DNA from: Candidatus Methylomirabilia bacterium
GTDB taxonomy: Bacteria > Methylomirabilota > Methylomirabilia > Rokubacteriales > CSP1-6
Length of the DNA: 64,000 nucleotides
Reading direction: 5' to 3'
NCBI GenBank assembly: GCA_041497115.1
Contig: JBGQFW010000010.1
Span: 113-64,112 of the forward strand
In this document: positions 50,445 to 59,808 of the stretch, in pieces
Layout: every line of letters starts with the position of its first letter
Position numbering within the stretch: the stretch's first letter is position 1
Program-made: the position numbers and the translations under genes
Notes under the pieces: model-generated
Databases searched by the model: none
The model's input: only the letters and a program-made list of their open reading frames with translations
Told to the model about the DNA's origin: nothing

Positions 50445-53180
50445 ATGGGCGGCCTGCGACCGCTCGCCCGCTCGGTCCCCGTGGTGGTCGCCCTGCTCGC
50501 CGGCGCGGCGTGCGCGACCTCGCCGATCGTGTCACCGGCCCGCCTCGCAGGGGCCGAGGACGAGCCGCCCCGCATCCAGGCGCCCGCGCCGGCCTCGCCC
50601 CGCCGGCTCCTGACCCACGCGGCCAAGGCGCCGGCGCTGCCCGCCGGCATGCGCGGCTGGCTCCCCGCCCACGAGGGTGATCCGATCCTGGTCGTGCTCA
50701 CGCCGACCGCCGGCAAGACGCCGACCTCCGAGCGGGTCCGCGACGAGGTGATCGCGCCGATCCTGCGCGCGATCGGCTTCACGCGCGGCGTGGGCGCGCT
50801 GCGGCGGCCGCCTCCCGACGGCGTCGCGCTGCCCCGGCCCGAGTTCGCCCCGCTCGCGCGCGCGGTCGCGCTCGAGTACGCGGCGGACCCGCGGCTCCTC
50901 CGCCCGGAGACGCAGGAGATGCTCGACGTCTTCCTGGGCGCCCGCGAGCCCGACGCCGACGTCGATCGCGCGCTGCTGCTGGGTGAGGGCATGACGTTCG
51001 CCCAGTACCGGGCGGGGATCGAGCGGCGCGAGATCGTCTTCCCGTTCCAGCAGGTCCACTGCGAGCCGGCCCGCTGCGTGCTGATCGAGCACGCGCTGCT
51101 GATGGCGACCGCCTGGGAGGGCGAGAGCGTCCGCTCCGTGCAGGGCGCGCTGCTCGGCGACTACCTGATCGCCAACGCCGCGTCGCTCGATCCCGGCGCG
51201 GTGGTGACGGCGGCCCACCGCTCGCTCCTCGCCGTCCGAGGCATCGAGCGCGCGAGCGTGCCGCGCCCGGCGAAGGGGCCGACCCTGGTGCTGCTGCCGT
51301 TCGGGACGGACGCCGGGGGCCGCCCCCTGCTCCGCTACGCCTACCGGATGCAGCAGGAGGCGACCTGGCGGGGCCGGCCCGCCCGCTTCCTGCTCTGGGC
51401 GGACGCCGGCGACGGCAAGCTGCTCGCCCTCGAGCCGCTGACCAAGGCGGCCGGGGCGCAGGGGCGGACGTTCAACCGCGACGCCGGCCAGCCGGGCGCG
51501 CCGCTCGTGCAGTTCCAGGTCGACGCGCCGACGGCGAGCGGCGAGTTCATGCTGGTCAACGCGAACGCGTCCGTGCGATTGAACTACCGCGGGGACGGCT
51601 ACAACGCGTCGGAGGTGACGATCCTCGCCGGCGGCAACGGCAGCACTACCTCGTTCGCGAATTTCGACCAGCCCCCGATCAACGCACTCGCCGGCACGCT
51701 GTGCGCCGAGCCCGTCCCCGGAGGCCACGCGCCGAACCCGGCGTTCCAGCAGGTGAGCCTGTTCGCCACGCTCATGCGCCACCGGGACACGATCCGGGGC
51801 GCCGGAACGTTCGAGCCGTATCCCGACGGCCTGTGGGCGCCGACCGTCGAGTATTCGCCGTTCGGCTGCAACGCCGACCAGACCATGACCTTCGGCGCCT
51901 GCTCCGGCTACTGGAGTGCCGCGTGCCCGGACGCCCCCGACGAGCTGCTGAACTTCGCCCACGACAACACGATGGTCGCCCACGAGATCGGCCACAGCGC
52001 CAACTCGCGGCTCGTCGAGGGACGACCCTGGGACTGGTGCGCGCCGGGCGGACCGCCGGACTGCGATCTCCCGCAGGGCTGGGGGCTGTTCCACGACCTG
52101 GCCGACTTCTGGGGCGCGCACCTGGAATCCACGAACTGCATCGGCGGCTGGGTCGCCAAGAACGTCGGCGGCACGAACGCGAGTCTCTACTGCTCACCCA
52201 AACACAGCGAGCGGGACTGGTTCCCACGCAAGCTCGAGGTCACGGTGGGGGCGACGACCGGCGATCATTTTCCCGAGCACCGAGATCCGATGGTCGGCGG
52301 CGTGAACGCCTACGCCGACGGGCAGATTGCCGGCGCCGCCCTGTGGGAGGTGCGGGTCGGCATGCGAAGCAAGTGCCGCCCCTCCGGGGTGCCGCAGTTC
52401 GGCGTGCGCTTCCAGCGCGCGCTGATGCACTCGGGGTTCTTCGACGCGTTCGTGCCCGACTCGACCGATCTCGGGATGTACCGGCGCCTCGTCGAGCTGC
52501 TGCTCAAGATGGTCGAGCAGTGGGCGACGGCGGGGCTGCCCGGCGGGCCGCCGGCGTTCGCGCACAACGGCGCCCACACGACGAACAAGGTGACGGCGGG
52601 ATTCGCGCGCGCGGGGATCTTCCTGGTGCCGTGGCAGTGCCTGGACGCCGACCCGTCCAACGACACGATCCTGACCTGCCCCGCCGCCAATCCGGGCGCC
52701 GACGCCGTGGTGGACGTCGACGACGGCGACCCCGCCGACGACGATCCCATCGTCGATCGTGACTTCCTGCGCGCGGGCGGCCCCGCCCCCGTCTTCCACG
52801 TCTGGACGGGGCCGCGGTACCGGCTGGACGGCCCGAACGGGCAGAGCACGATGCTGAGCCCCGCGCCATGCAACGACGAGTTCCACGTGGAGGCCACCAC
52901 CGACCCGACGTTCGCGACGGTGACCGCGACGAGCCCGTGGACGCGGGTCAATCGCCTGCCGACCGGCGGCGCGCCGACCTGCTACGGCACCTGGAGTCCC
53001 AACGCCACCGAGTGGGCGGCGCTGCAGGCGGGCGGCGTCCCCTCGCGGATCTACTACCGCGCGCGGACGCGCGACGCGAGCGGCGGCACCGTGCGACTGT
53101 CCACCGAGCCGGGCAACGGCCTCTGGTCGGTGCCGCCGCCCTACGCGGTCATCACCAGCGACGGGCGCTCGGACTACTAG
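50445..53180 (+). CDS. Large exported (possibly lipoprotein) zinc metallopeptidase-like protein with an HExxH motif (thermolysin/fungalysin-like clan MA)
   Basis: Signal VVVALLAGAAC. NTMVAHEIGHSANSRLVEG...C...QGWGLFHDLADFWG resembles the M36/M4 active-site block. 911 aa. Confidence 0.6.
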   Translation: MGGLRPLARSVPVVVALLAGAACATSPIVSPARLAGAEDEPPRIQAPAPASPRRLLTHAAKAPALPAGMRGWLPAHEGDPILVVLTPTAGKTPTSERVRDEVIAPILRAIGFTRGVGALRRPPPDGVALPRPEFAPLARAVALEYAADPRLLRPETQEMLDVFLGAREPDADVDRALLLGEGMTFAQYRAGIERREIVFPFQQVHCEPARCVLIEHALLMATAWEGESVRSVQGALLGDYLIANAASLDPGAVVTAAHRSLLAVRGIERASVPRPAKGPTLVLLPFGTDAGGRPLLRYAYRMQQEATWRGRPARFLLWADAGDGKLLALEPLTKAAGAQGRTFNRDAGQPGAPLVQFQVDAPTASGEFMLVNANASVRLNYRGDGYNASEVTILAGGNGSTTSFANFDQPPINALAGTLCAEPVPGGHAPNPAFQQVSLFATLMRHRDTIRGAGTFEPYPDGLWAPTVEYSPFGCNADQTMTFGACSGYWSAACPDAPDELLNFAHDNTMVAHEIGHSANSRLVEGRPWDWCAPGGPPDCDLPQGWGLFHDLADFWGAHLESTNCIGGWVAKNVGGTNASLYCSPKHSERDWFPRKLEVTVGATTGDHFPEHRDPMVGGVNAYADGQIAGAALWEVRVGMRSKCRPSGVPQFGVRFQRALMHSGFFDAFVPDSTDLGMYRRLVELLLKMVEQWATAGLPGGPPAFAHNGAHTTNKVTAGFARAGIFLVPWQCLDADPSNDTILTCPAANPGADAVVDVDDGDPADDDPIVDRDFLRAGGPAPVFHVWTGPRYRLDGPNGQSTMLSPAPCNDEFHVEATTDPTFATVTATSPWTRVNRLPTGGAPTCYGTWSPNATEWAALQAGGVPSRIYYRARTRDASGGTVRLSTEPGNGLWSVPPPYAVITSDGRSDY

Positions 53181-54019
53181 CGCTTCCGGCGCTTCGCCGC
53201 GGAGCGCCGGCGCCGGCGCAGCGGGGCGGGATCCGGGCCCGGACGCGGCCGGGGCTTGGGCCGCCGCGGCACCGGCACCACCCGCGGCGGCTTGGGCGGC
53301 CGGCCGCGCGCGCCGAGCGCCGGGGCCTTGGGAACCGGGGGCAGCGGCACGTTGACGGTGCCCGCCGGAACGTCGTGGGCGATCACCTCGGAGTCGAACT
53401 GCAGGGCCCCCGCCCCGAAGCCGACCGTGAAGGCGGCGACGCCGAGCACGTAGTGGCTGGCGAAGTCGAGGTCGGCGAGGATGCACACCGTCGGCGCGAC
53501 GTGCACGTCGTTGACCTGGTACTGGCCCTGGTGCACGTTCGGCTGGAAGTTGCGGATGATGATCTTGAAGTAGAGCCGCTCGTCGGCCTCCTGCCCCGGC
53601 GCCGGCGCCGGGTACGGCGCGAACATCTGCGGCGTGATCTGGTAGCCGCGCCACGTGCTCCCCGGCGGCGAGCCGAACACCTCGCCCAGCCTCTGCGTGA
53701 CGCTGTTGGCGCCGGTGCTCTGCGCGAGCGCCGTCCAGACCCAGCCGGCCTGCGTGTAGTTGGCGTCCTTGGGGGCGGCCGCGAACTCGATCTGGCCGTT
53801 GTGCTGCCCGTCGGGGCCGACCTGGTGGCCCGCCCGGAACTGCATGCCGATCTTCAGCCCCTTGAGGCGATACGCGGCGCTGGCGGGGACGGTGGCGGTG
53901 CCGAACAGCGTGATGACGCCGACCTCGCTGACCCGCAGCAGATTGCGGTTCAGCGGATCCCAGTACACCTCGCGGGTCTTGATCCAGAGTCCCTGGTCGG
54001 CCCGTCCTCCAACACCCAT
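53177..54019 (-). CDS. Hypothetical beta-rich protein with a Pro/Arg/Lys-rich polybasic C-terminal tail
   Basis: Strong SD (GAGGAGGGG) 5 nt before the ATG at 54019. No signal peptide. Tail ...PKPPRVVPVPRRPKPRPRPGPDPAPLRRRRRSAAKRRKR. I recognise no family. Confidence 0.6.
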   Translation of the reverse strand: MGVGGRADQGLWIKTREVYWDPLNRNLLRVSEVGVITLFGTATVPASAAYRLKGLKIGMQFRAGHQVGPDGQHNGQIEFAAAPKDANYTQAGWVWTALAQSTGANSVTQRLGEVFGSPPGSTWRGYQITPQMFAPYPAPAPGQEADERLYFKIIIRNFQPNVHQGQYQVNDVHVAPTVCILADLDFASHYVLGVAAFTVGFGAGALQFDSEVIAHDVPAGTVNVPLPPVPKAPALGARGRPPKPPRVVPVPRRPKPRPRPGPDPAPLRRRRRSAAKRRKR

Positions 54020-54114
54020 GGTTCCCCTCCTCGCGGGGCGCGTGCGCCGGTCATCGGCCGCGCCGACCGTAGCACCGGGGCGCGGCCTCGGCAACCGCGG
54101 GGCGGCGCGCGGCG

Positions 54115-57100
54115 TCAGGCGACGAGCGTGCGGCGGACGGCGGCGGCGCGCTCGAGCCAGCGCGGCTGGTCGAGCCGGCGGAAGAGCGCCTCGGCCCCGG
54201 CGAGCGCCTCACGCGCGCCCCCGGCGTCGCCGCCGGCGTGGCGCGCGCGCGCCAGCACCAGCAGCGCGCGCCCCTGCAACGGCAGCATGCCGAGCTCGCG
54301 GGCGAGCGCCAGCGCGCCCTCCAGCGCGCGCGCGGCGGCGGCCACGTCGGGCGGGTCCTGGGCGAGCGCCACCTCGCCCGCCAGCCGCAGCGCCCACGCG
54401 TGGACGCCCCGCGCCCCCGTCGTGCGCGTGATCTCCACGTGGATCTGCGCCAGCGGCAGCGCCTCCTCGGCGCGCCCGGCCGCCAGGTAGGCCTCGCCGA
54501 GCCCGCCGCCGCGCAGCAGGTGGCCGATGCGATGGCGCAGCGCGATCGCCCGCCCGATCGCCTCCTCCAGCAGCGCGATCGCGTCGGCGGCGCGGCCGGC
54601 CTCGCAGTACGCCGAGGCCAGCGTGCCGGCCAGCTCGAGGAAGAGCGCCGGCAGCTCGGCCGTCTCGCTCAGCGCGCGGGCTTCCTCGAGCACGGCGACG
54701 GCCGTCTCGGGCGCGCCGCGGCGCAGGGCCAGCGTGCCCCCGCCCAGCGCGGCGAAGATGCGGCTGGGCGCGTGATTGTGCCGGGCGGCGAGCGCCTGCG
54801 CCTCGGCGGCCAACCCCTCGGCGGCGGCGAACTCGCCGAGCTCGGCGAGCGACCACACCATCACCGTGCGCGTGTAGACACCGGGCAGGTGCATGATGCC
54901 GAACCGCTCGCGCTCGTCCACGCCGGCCAGCCGCTCCAGCGTCACGCCGGCCCGCTCCACCGCCCGCCGGAAGTCGCCGCGCGCCCAGTGCACGAGCGCG
55001 AAGACCGCGTCGGCCAGCACGCGCAGCCCGCGGTCGCCGGCGGCCTCGCCCAGCGCGGTGGCCCGCGCGCCGTACTCCGCCGCGCGCCCGAGGTCGCCGC
55101 GCAGCGTGTGGTAGTTGAGCAGGAACGCGGCGACGAGCCCCTGGCGGCGCGGATCACCCAGGCGCGCGGCGAGCGCCTCGGCATCGATGAGACACGCGAG
55201 CATCCGCCGGTACTCGGCCAGCGGCCCGAGCGCGCTGCGCAGGTCCAGCCGCAGGTCCACGCCGGCCTCGAGCCGCTCGCGCGTCTCGGGCAGCGCGGCC
55301 AGCGCCTCCAGCGCCTGCTCGAAGGCCGCGGCGGCGGCGCGATGCGCCGAGCGCGCGAGGGCCTGCCGGCCCGCCTCGCGGCCGTAGCGGCACGCCTTGT
55401 CCCACAGCTCGCCGCGCCAGGCGTGATGCGCCAGCCGCGTGACGTGCTCGACGGAGCGATCGGGCCGCGCCTCGAGCGCCGTCACGATCGCGGCGTCGAG
55501 CGCGCGGCGGCGCTCGCGCACGAGGCCGGCGTAGGCGACTTCCAGCGTCAGCGCGTGGCGGAAAGTGTACTGGGCCTCGGGTGGCGGCCGCGTCTCGGTG
55601 AGGAACTCCGCGTCCTGCAGCCGGGCCAGCACCGGCCCGACCGCGGCGGGCGGCGCGACCCCGATCGCCTCCAGCAGCCGCCGCGGCACGTCGCGGCCGA
55701 CCGCGGAGGCGGCCTCCAGCACGTGCTTGTCGCCGGGCTCCAGCCGGTCGATGCGCGCGGCGAGCACCGAGCGGACCGTCTCCGGCAGATGGGTCGCCGC
55801 CGGCGGGCGCGCCATGCGATAGGCGCCCGGCGGCCCGGTGAGGACGCCGGACTCCACCAGGTGGCGCACGCTCTCCTCGATGAAGAACGGGTTGCCCTCG
55901 GTGCGCTCGAGCAGCAGCGGGGAGAGCGGCCCCGCGCTCGCCGCGTCGCCGACGAGGTCGGTGACGAGCGCGTGCGCGTCGGCCGGCGCCAGCGGGTCCA
56001 CGCGCAGCTCGCCGACGCGCGCCGCCGCCGGCCACGCGTGCTGGTGCTCCGGCCGATAGGTGACGAGGACGAGCACCGGCGCCGCCGTCGCGCCGATGAC
56101 GAGGCCGTCGAGCACGGCGAGCGTGTCGGCGTCCACGTCTTGCAGGTCCTCGATCAGCAGGCAGGCGGGCTGCCGGTCGGGGCGGGCGACGAGCAGGTGG
56201 CGCACCGCGCGGATCGTGCGGCGGCGGCGCGCGTCGCCGTCGAGCTCGGGCCACCCGGCGTCGTCGGCCGGAGCCAGCGGCGCGTCGAGCAGCGCCAGCA
56301 GCGGCGCGATGAGCGCGGCCGGGTGATCCGCCGGCAGGCCGAAGATCACCTTGTCGCCGACCACCGCCGGCGGATCGGAATCTTCGACCCCGAGGTAGGC
56401 GCGGATGAGCTCGACGACCGGCGCGTAGGGCGTGCCGCGCGTCCACGTCGAGGCGGTGGCCTCCAGCACGAGCCAGCCGGCCGCCCGCGCGGCCTGCGCG
56501 AACTCCCAGGCCAGCCGTGACTTGCCCACCCCGGGCTCGCCCACCAGCGCGACGACCTGGCCGCAGCCCGCCGCCACCTCGTCGCGCGCCCGGGCCAGCG
56601 CGGCCTGCTCGCGCTCGCGGCCGACGAAGCGGCTCAGCCCGCGGGCGGCGGCCAGCGCCAGGCGCGTGCGCACGGGGCCGCGGCCGGTGACCTCCCAGAC
56701 GGCCACCGGCCGGGCGAGCCCCTTGACCGCCACCGGCCCGAGCGCGCGCATCTGCACCCACCCCTCGGCCAGCCGCGCCGTGTCGGCGGTCGCGACGATC
56801 GTCCCCGGCGCCGCGAGCCCCTCCATGCGGGCGGCCAGGTGCGTCGTGAGGCCGATCGCGCTGTAGTCGAGCGAGAGGTCGTTGCCGATGGCGCGCACCA
56901 CCACCTCGCCCGAGTTGAGCCCGACGCGGATGCGCGGCTCGACGGCGTGCGTGCGGCGCAGCTCGACGGCGAGCGCGGCGAGCGCCGCCTGCATCCGCAG
57001 CGCGGCGTAGCAGGCGCGCACGGCGTGGTCCTCGTGCGCGACGGGCGCGCCGAACAGCGCCATGATGCCGTCGCCCATCACCTGGTTGACGGTGCCCTCG

Positions 57101-57384
57101 TAGCGATGCACCGCCTCGATCATCCGGGCGAGGACGGGGTCGAGGACCGTGCGCGCGTCCTCGGGGTCGCGGGCGGCGATCGCCTCCAGCGAGCCCTTCA
57201 TGTCGGCGAACATCACGGTGACCTGCTTGCGCTCGCCCTCGACGGCCGCCCGCGAGCCCAGGATCTTCTCGGCGAGGTGGCGGGGGGTGGTGACCGGCGC
57301 GGGGACGGCGCCGAGGGCAAAGCCGCACGCCATGCAGAACCGGGCCGCCGCCGGATTCTCCTCGTGACAGCGTGGGCACGTCAC
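54115..57384 (-). CDS. Multidomain STAND-type signalling protein: zinc ribbon, class III adenylate/guanylate cyclase, AAA/NB-ARC-like ATPase and TPR repeats
   Basis: CPRCHEENPAAARFCMACG. Cyclase block VTVMFADMKGS...GDGIMALFGAP...RVGLNSGEVV. P-loop LVGEPGVGKSRL. Long Ala/Leu-rich TPR-like C-terminus. Confidence 0.85.
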   Translation of the reverse strand: MTCPRCHEENPAAARFCMACGFALGAVPAPVTTPRHLAEKILGSRAAVEGERKQVTVMFADMKGSLEAIAARDPEDARTVLDPVLARMIEAVHRYEGTVNQVMGDGIMALFGAPVAHEDHAVRACYAALRMQAALAALAVELRRTHAVEPRIRVGLNSGEVVVRAIGNDLSLDYSAIGLTTHLAARMEGLAAPGTIVATADTARLAEGWVQMRALGPVAVKGLARPVAVWEVTGRGPVRTRLALAAARGLSRFVGREREQAALARARDEVAAGCGQVVALVGEPGVGKSRLAWEFAQAARAAGWLVLEATASTWTRGTPYAPVVELIRAYLGVEDSDPPAVVGDKVIFGLPADHPAALIAPLLALLDAPLAPADDAGWPELDGDARRRRTIRAVRHLLVARPDRQPACLLIEDLQDVDADTLAVLDGLVIGATAAPVLVLVTYRPEHQHAWPAAARVGELRVDPLAPADAHALVTDLVGDAASAGPLSPLLLERTEGNPFFIEESVRHLVESGVLTGPPGAYRMARPPAATHLPETVRSVLAARIDRLEPGDKHVLEAASAVGRDVPRRLLEAIGVAPPAAVGPVLARLQDAEFLTETRPPPEAQYTFRHALTLEVAYAGLVRERRRALDAAIVTALEARPDRSVEHVTRLAHHAWRGELWDKACRYGREAGRQALARSAHRAAAAAFEQALEALAALPETRERLEAGVDLRLDLRSALGPLAEYRRMLACLIDAEALAARLGDPRRQGLVAAFLLNYHTLRGDLGRAAEYGARATALGEAAGDRGLRVLADAVFALVHWARGDFRRAVERAGVTLERLAGVDERERFGIMHLPGVYTRTVMVWSLAELGEFAAAEGLAAEAQALAARHNHAPSRIFAALGGGTLALRRGAPETAVAVLEEARALSETAELPALFLELAGTLASAYCEAGRAADAIALLEEAIGRAIALRHRIGHLLRGGGLGEAYLAAGRAEEALPLAQIHVEITRTTGARGVHAWALRLAGEVALAQDPPDVAAAARALEGALALARELGMLPLQGRALLVLARARHAGGDAGGAREALAGAEALFRRLDQPRWLERAAAVRRTLVA

Positions 57385-57436
57385 GCCGCGAGCGTAGGTG
57401 CGGGCGCCGGGCGCGTCAAGGTGGGCGCGCGGCGGC

Positions 57437-58588
57437 TCAGCGGAACTTCGGCATGACCTCCGCGGCGAACCAGCGGAGCTGCTCGAGCATGACCGCCTGG
57501 GGCGTGCCCATGCTGATGCTCATGTTCACGTGCTCGAGGCCGGGGAAGCGCGCTTGCAGGTCGCGCAGGTGGGCGACCAGCTCCTCGGGCGGCCCGGCGA
57601 ACCAGGCGCCCGTCTTCATGTAGTGCTCGACGCTCGGCACGCCGGCGGCGCCCCAGCCGCCGCGCCGGCCCGCCGCCTCGACCTGGGCGGGCGTGATGCC
57701 GGGCACGAAGCCGAGCGGCGCGAACATCTTCACGTGCTCCTCGTAGAACGGCGTGATCTCGCGCACCGCCTTCTCGCGCGTCTCGGCGAGGTGGAAGAAG
57801 ATGCCGAGGCAGAGGTTCTCGCCGAGCGCCAGCGGGCGGCCCGCGCGCGCGGCGGCCTCGCGGTAGCCGTGGATCGGCCCCTCCGCCATCGTGGCGGCGC
57901 CGCCGCCGATGATGCCGCGGATCCCGTGGCGCACCATGAAGTCCAGCCCGCGCGCGCTCGCGCTGACGATCGGCTGCCAGCACTCGACCGGGCGGCGCAG
58001 CGGCCGGGGCACCAGTGTCAGCTCGCGCAGCTCGTAGCCGCGGTAGGGCACCGCCGGCGGCAGCGTGTAGTGCTTGCCGTGGTGCGCGAACGACTCCTGC
58101 TCGAACGCCTTGAAGATGATCTCGACCTGCTCCTCGAACAGCTCGCGGTTGGCCTCGGCATCGAGGATCGGCGCCCCGAACGTCTCGACCTCGCGGCTGT
58201 GGTAGCCGCGCCCCACGCCGAAGATCACGCGCCCGCCGGTGAGGATGTCGGCGGTGGCGTAGTCCTCGGCTAGCCGCAGCGGATGCCACATGGGCGCGAT
58301 GTTGAAGCCGCAGCCGATCCGGATCCGCTTCGTCACGTGGGCCAGGTGCACGGCCGTCATGAGGATGTTCGGCAGGCACTCGTAACCCTCGTGCTGGAAG
58401 TGGTGCTCGGCCAGCCAGATCGCGTAGTAGCCCAGCTCGTCCATGGCGCGGGCGACCGCCTCGGTCTTGGCGAACACCGAGGCGAGGCGCTCGTTGGAGT
58501 ACCGCCGCTCGTTGGCCGGCGTGGCCTGCTGGCCCATGTCGGGCAGGTCGACGTGGCCGGGATAGACGGTCGCGAACTTCGTGATCAT
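57437..58588 (-). CDS. LLM-class flavin-dependent oxidoreductase/monooxygenase
   Basis: GYYAIWLAEHHFQHEGYE...LAEDYATADILTGGRVIFGVGRGY. The ATG at 58588 overlaps the upstream stop (ATGA). Confidence 0.8.
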   Translation of the reverse strand: MITKFATVYPGHVDLPDMGQQATPANERRYSNERLASVFAKTEAVARAMDELGYYAIWLAEHHFQHEGYECLPNILMTAVHLAHVTKRIRIGCGFNIAPMWHPLRLAEDYATADILTGGRVIFGVGRGYHSREVETFGAPILDAEANRELFEEQVEIIFKAFEQESFAHHGKHYTLPPAVPYRGYELRELTLVPRPLRRPVECWQPIVSASARGLDFMVRHGIRGIIGGGAATMAEGPIHGYREAAARAGRPLALGENLCLGIFFHLAETREKAVREITPFYEEHVKMFAPLGFVPGITPAQVEAAGRRGGWGAAGVPSVEHYMKTGAWFAGPPEELVAHLRDLQARFPGLEHVNMSISMGTPQAVMLEQLRWFAAEVMPKFR

Positions 58589-59799
58589 GGGGTCGCTCCC
58601 TTCGGCAGCTCGGAGCGCGCGGCTCCGGTGGACAGCAGACCGTCGATCTCGGCGGCGTCGAGTCCCGCCTCGCGCAGGATCTCGAGGCTGTGCTCGCCCA
58701 GCCGCGGGGGCAGCCGGCGGATGTCGGCGGGCGTCCGCGAGTAGGCGGCGGGGATGCCGGGCAGCCGCAGGGTGCCCTCGCTGGGGTGCTCGACGATCTG
58801 CCAGAAGCCGGTGGCCTCCAGGTGCGGGTCGCGCAGCAGCGTCTCCAGCGAGTTCACGACCATGGCCGGGATGTTGTGGCGGTCCAGCTCGGCGAGCCAC
58901 TGAGCACTCGTCCGCGTCAGCGCGATCGCCGCCAGCGCCTCGTAGAGCGGCTCGATGTGGCGCAGCCGCGAGCCGAGCGTCTTGAAGCGCGGGTCGGCCA
59001 GCAGGTCGGGGCGGCCCGCGAGGGTGAAGAAGTCGCGCCAGTTCTGGTCGGTGTAGGGCAGGATCGCCAGGTGGCCGTCGAGGGTCTTGAACGGCCGCCG
59101 GTAGCGGTTGAGCACGCGCTTGTAGCCGACCGTCTCCACCGGCGGCACGAACGTCTCGCCGTAGAGGTGCTCGACCATGACCCAGGCGGCGAGGCTCTCG
59201 AACATCGGCACCTCGACCTCCTGCCCCTCGCCGGTGCGCGCCTTGTGGAAGAGCGCGGCGAGCACCGCCGCCAGCAGCGTCATCGAGCTGGTCTTGTCGG
59301 CGACGATGGTCGGCATGTAGCGCGGCTCGCCGACGACCGCGCTCTGCAGCGACGCCAGCCCGGAGGCCGCCTGGATGACGTCGTCGTAGGCCGGCTTGTC
59401 GCCGTAGGGGCCGGCGGCGCGGAAGCCGTAGGTGCCGACGTAGACCAGCCCCGGGTTGACCGCGCGGAACATGTCGTAGGAGAGGCCGAGCCGGCGCGCC
59501 GCCCGCGGCCGATAGTTGTGCAGCAGCACGTCGGCGCCCGCCGCCAGCCGCAGCAGCACGCGACGGGCCGACTCCTGCTTGAGGTCGAGCACGAGCGAGC
59601 GCTTGTTGCGGTTCACCGCCAGGAAGAAGGCGCCCATGTCGGGGTTGCGCATGGGGCCGAGCTGGCGCGTGGTGTCGCCGTCGGGCGGCTCGACCTTCAC
59701 GACGTCGGCGCCGAGATCGCCGAGCTGCTGGCCGGCCCACGGCCCCAGCACGACCGTCGTGCAGTCGATGACGCGCACCCCGTGCAGCGGTCCCGGCAT
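58585..59799 (-). CDS. CaiB/BaiF family (class III) CoA-transferase
   Basis: LHGVRVIDCTTVVLGPWAGQQLGDLGADVVKVEPP.GD and GPYGDKPAYDDVIQAASG. Confidence 0.85.
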   Translation of the reverse strand: MPGPLHGVRVIDCTTVVLGPWAGQQLGDLGADVVKVEPPDGDTTRQLGPMRNPDMGAFFLAVNRNKRSLVLDLKQESARRVLLRLAAGADVLLHNYRPRAARRLGLSYDMFRAVNPGLVYVGTYGFRAAGPYGDKPAYDDVIQAASGLASLQSAVVGEPRYMPTIVADKTSSMTLLAAVLAALFHKARTGEGQEVEVPMFESLAAWVMVEHLYGETFVPPVETVGYKRVLNRYRRPFKTLDGHLAILPYTDQNWRDFFTLAGRPDLLADPRFKTLGSRLRHIEPLYEALAAIALTRTSAQWLAELDRHNIPAMVVNSLETLLRDPHLEATGFWQIVEHPSEGTLRLPGIPAAYSRTPADIRRLPPRLGEHSLEILREAGLDAAEIDGLLSTGAARSELPKGATP

Positions 59800-59808
59800 G
59801 GCGGCGGC

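Noticed and set aside
45780-50992. Read-through or alternative-frame ORFs 45780..48197, 46069..47235(-), 46875..48053(-), 47324..49201, 48098..49132(-), 48229..50613 and 49208..50992(-)
   Set aside because: Only the portions matching the amidase, LLM, LLM and aminotransferase families are kept. The rest lacks homology and overlaps these genes.
54209-57456. ORFs 54238..56520(+), 55154..57379(-) and 56839..57456(+) over the STAND cyclase
   Set aside because: They are shadow frames of the 1089-aa gene, whose cyclase, P-loop and TPR regions are contiguous in one frame.
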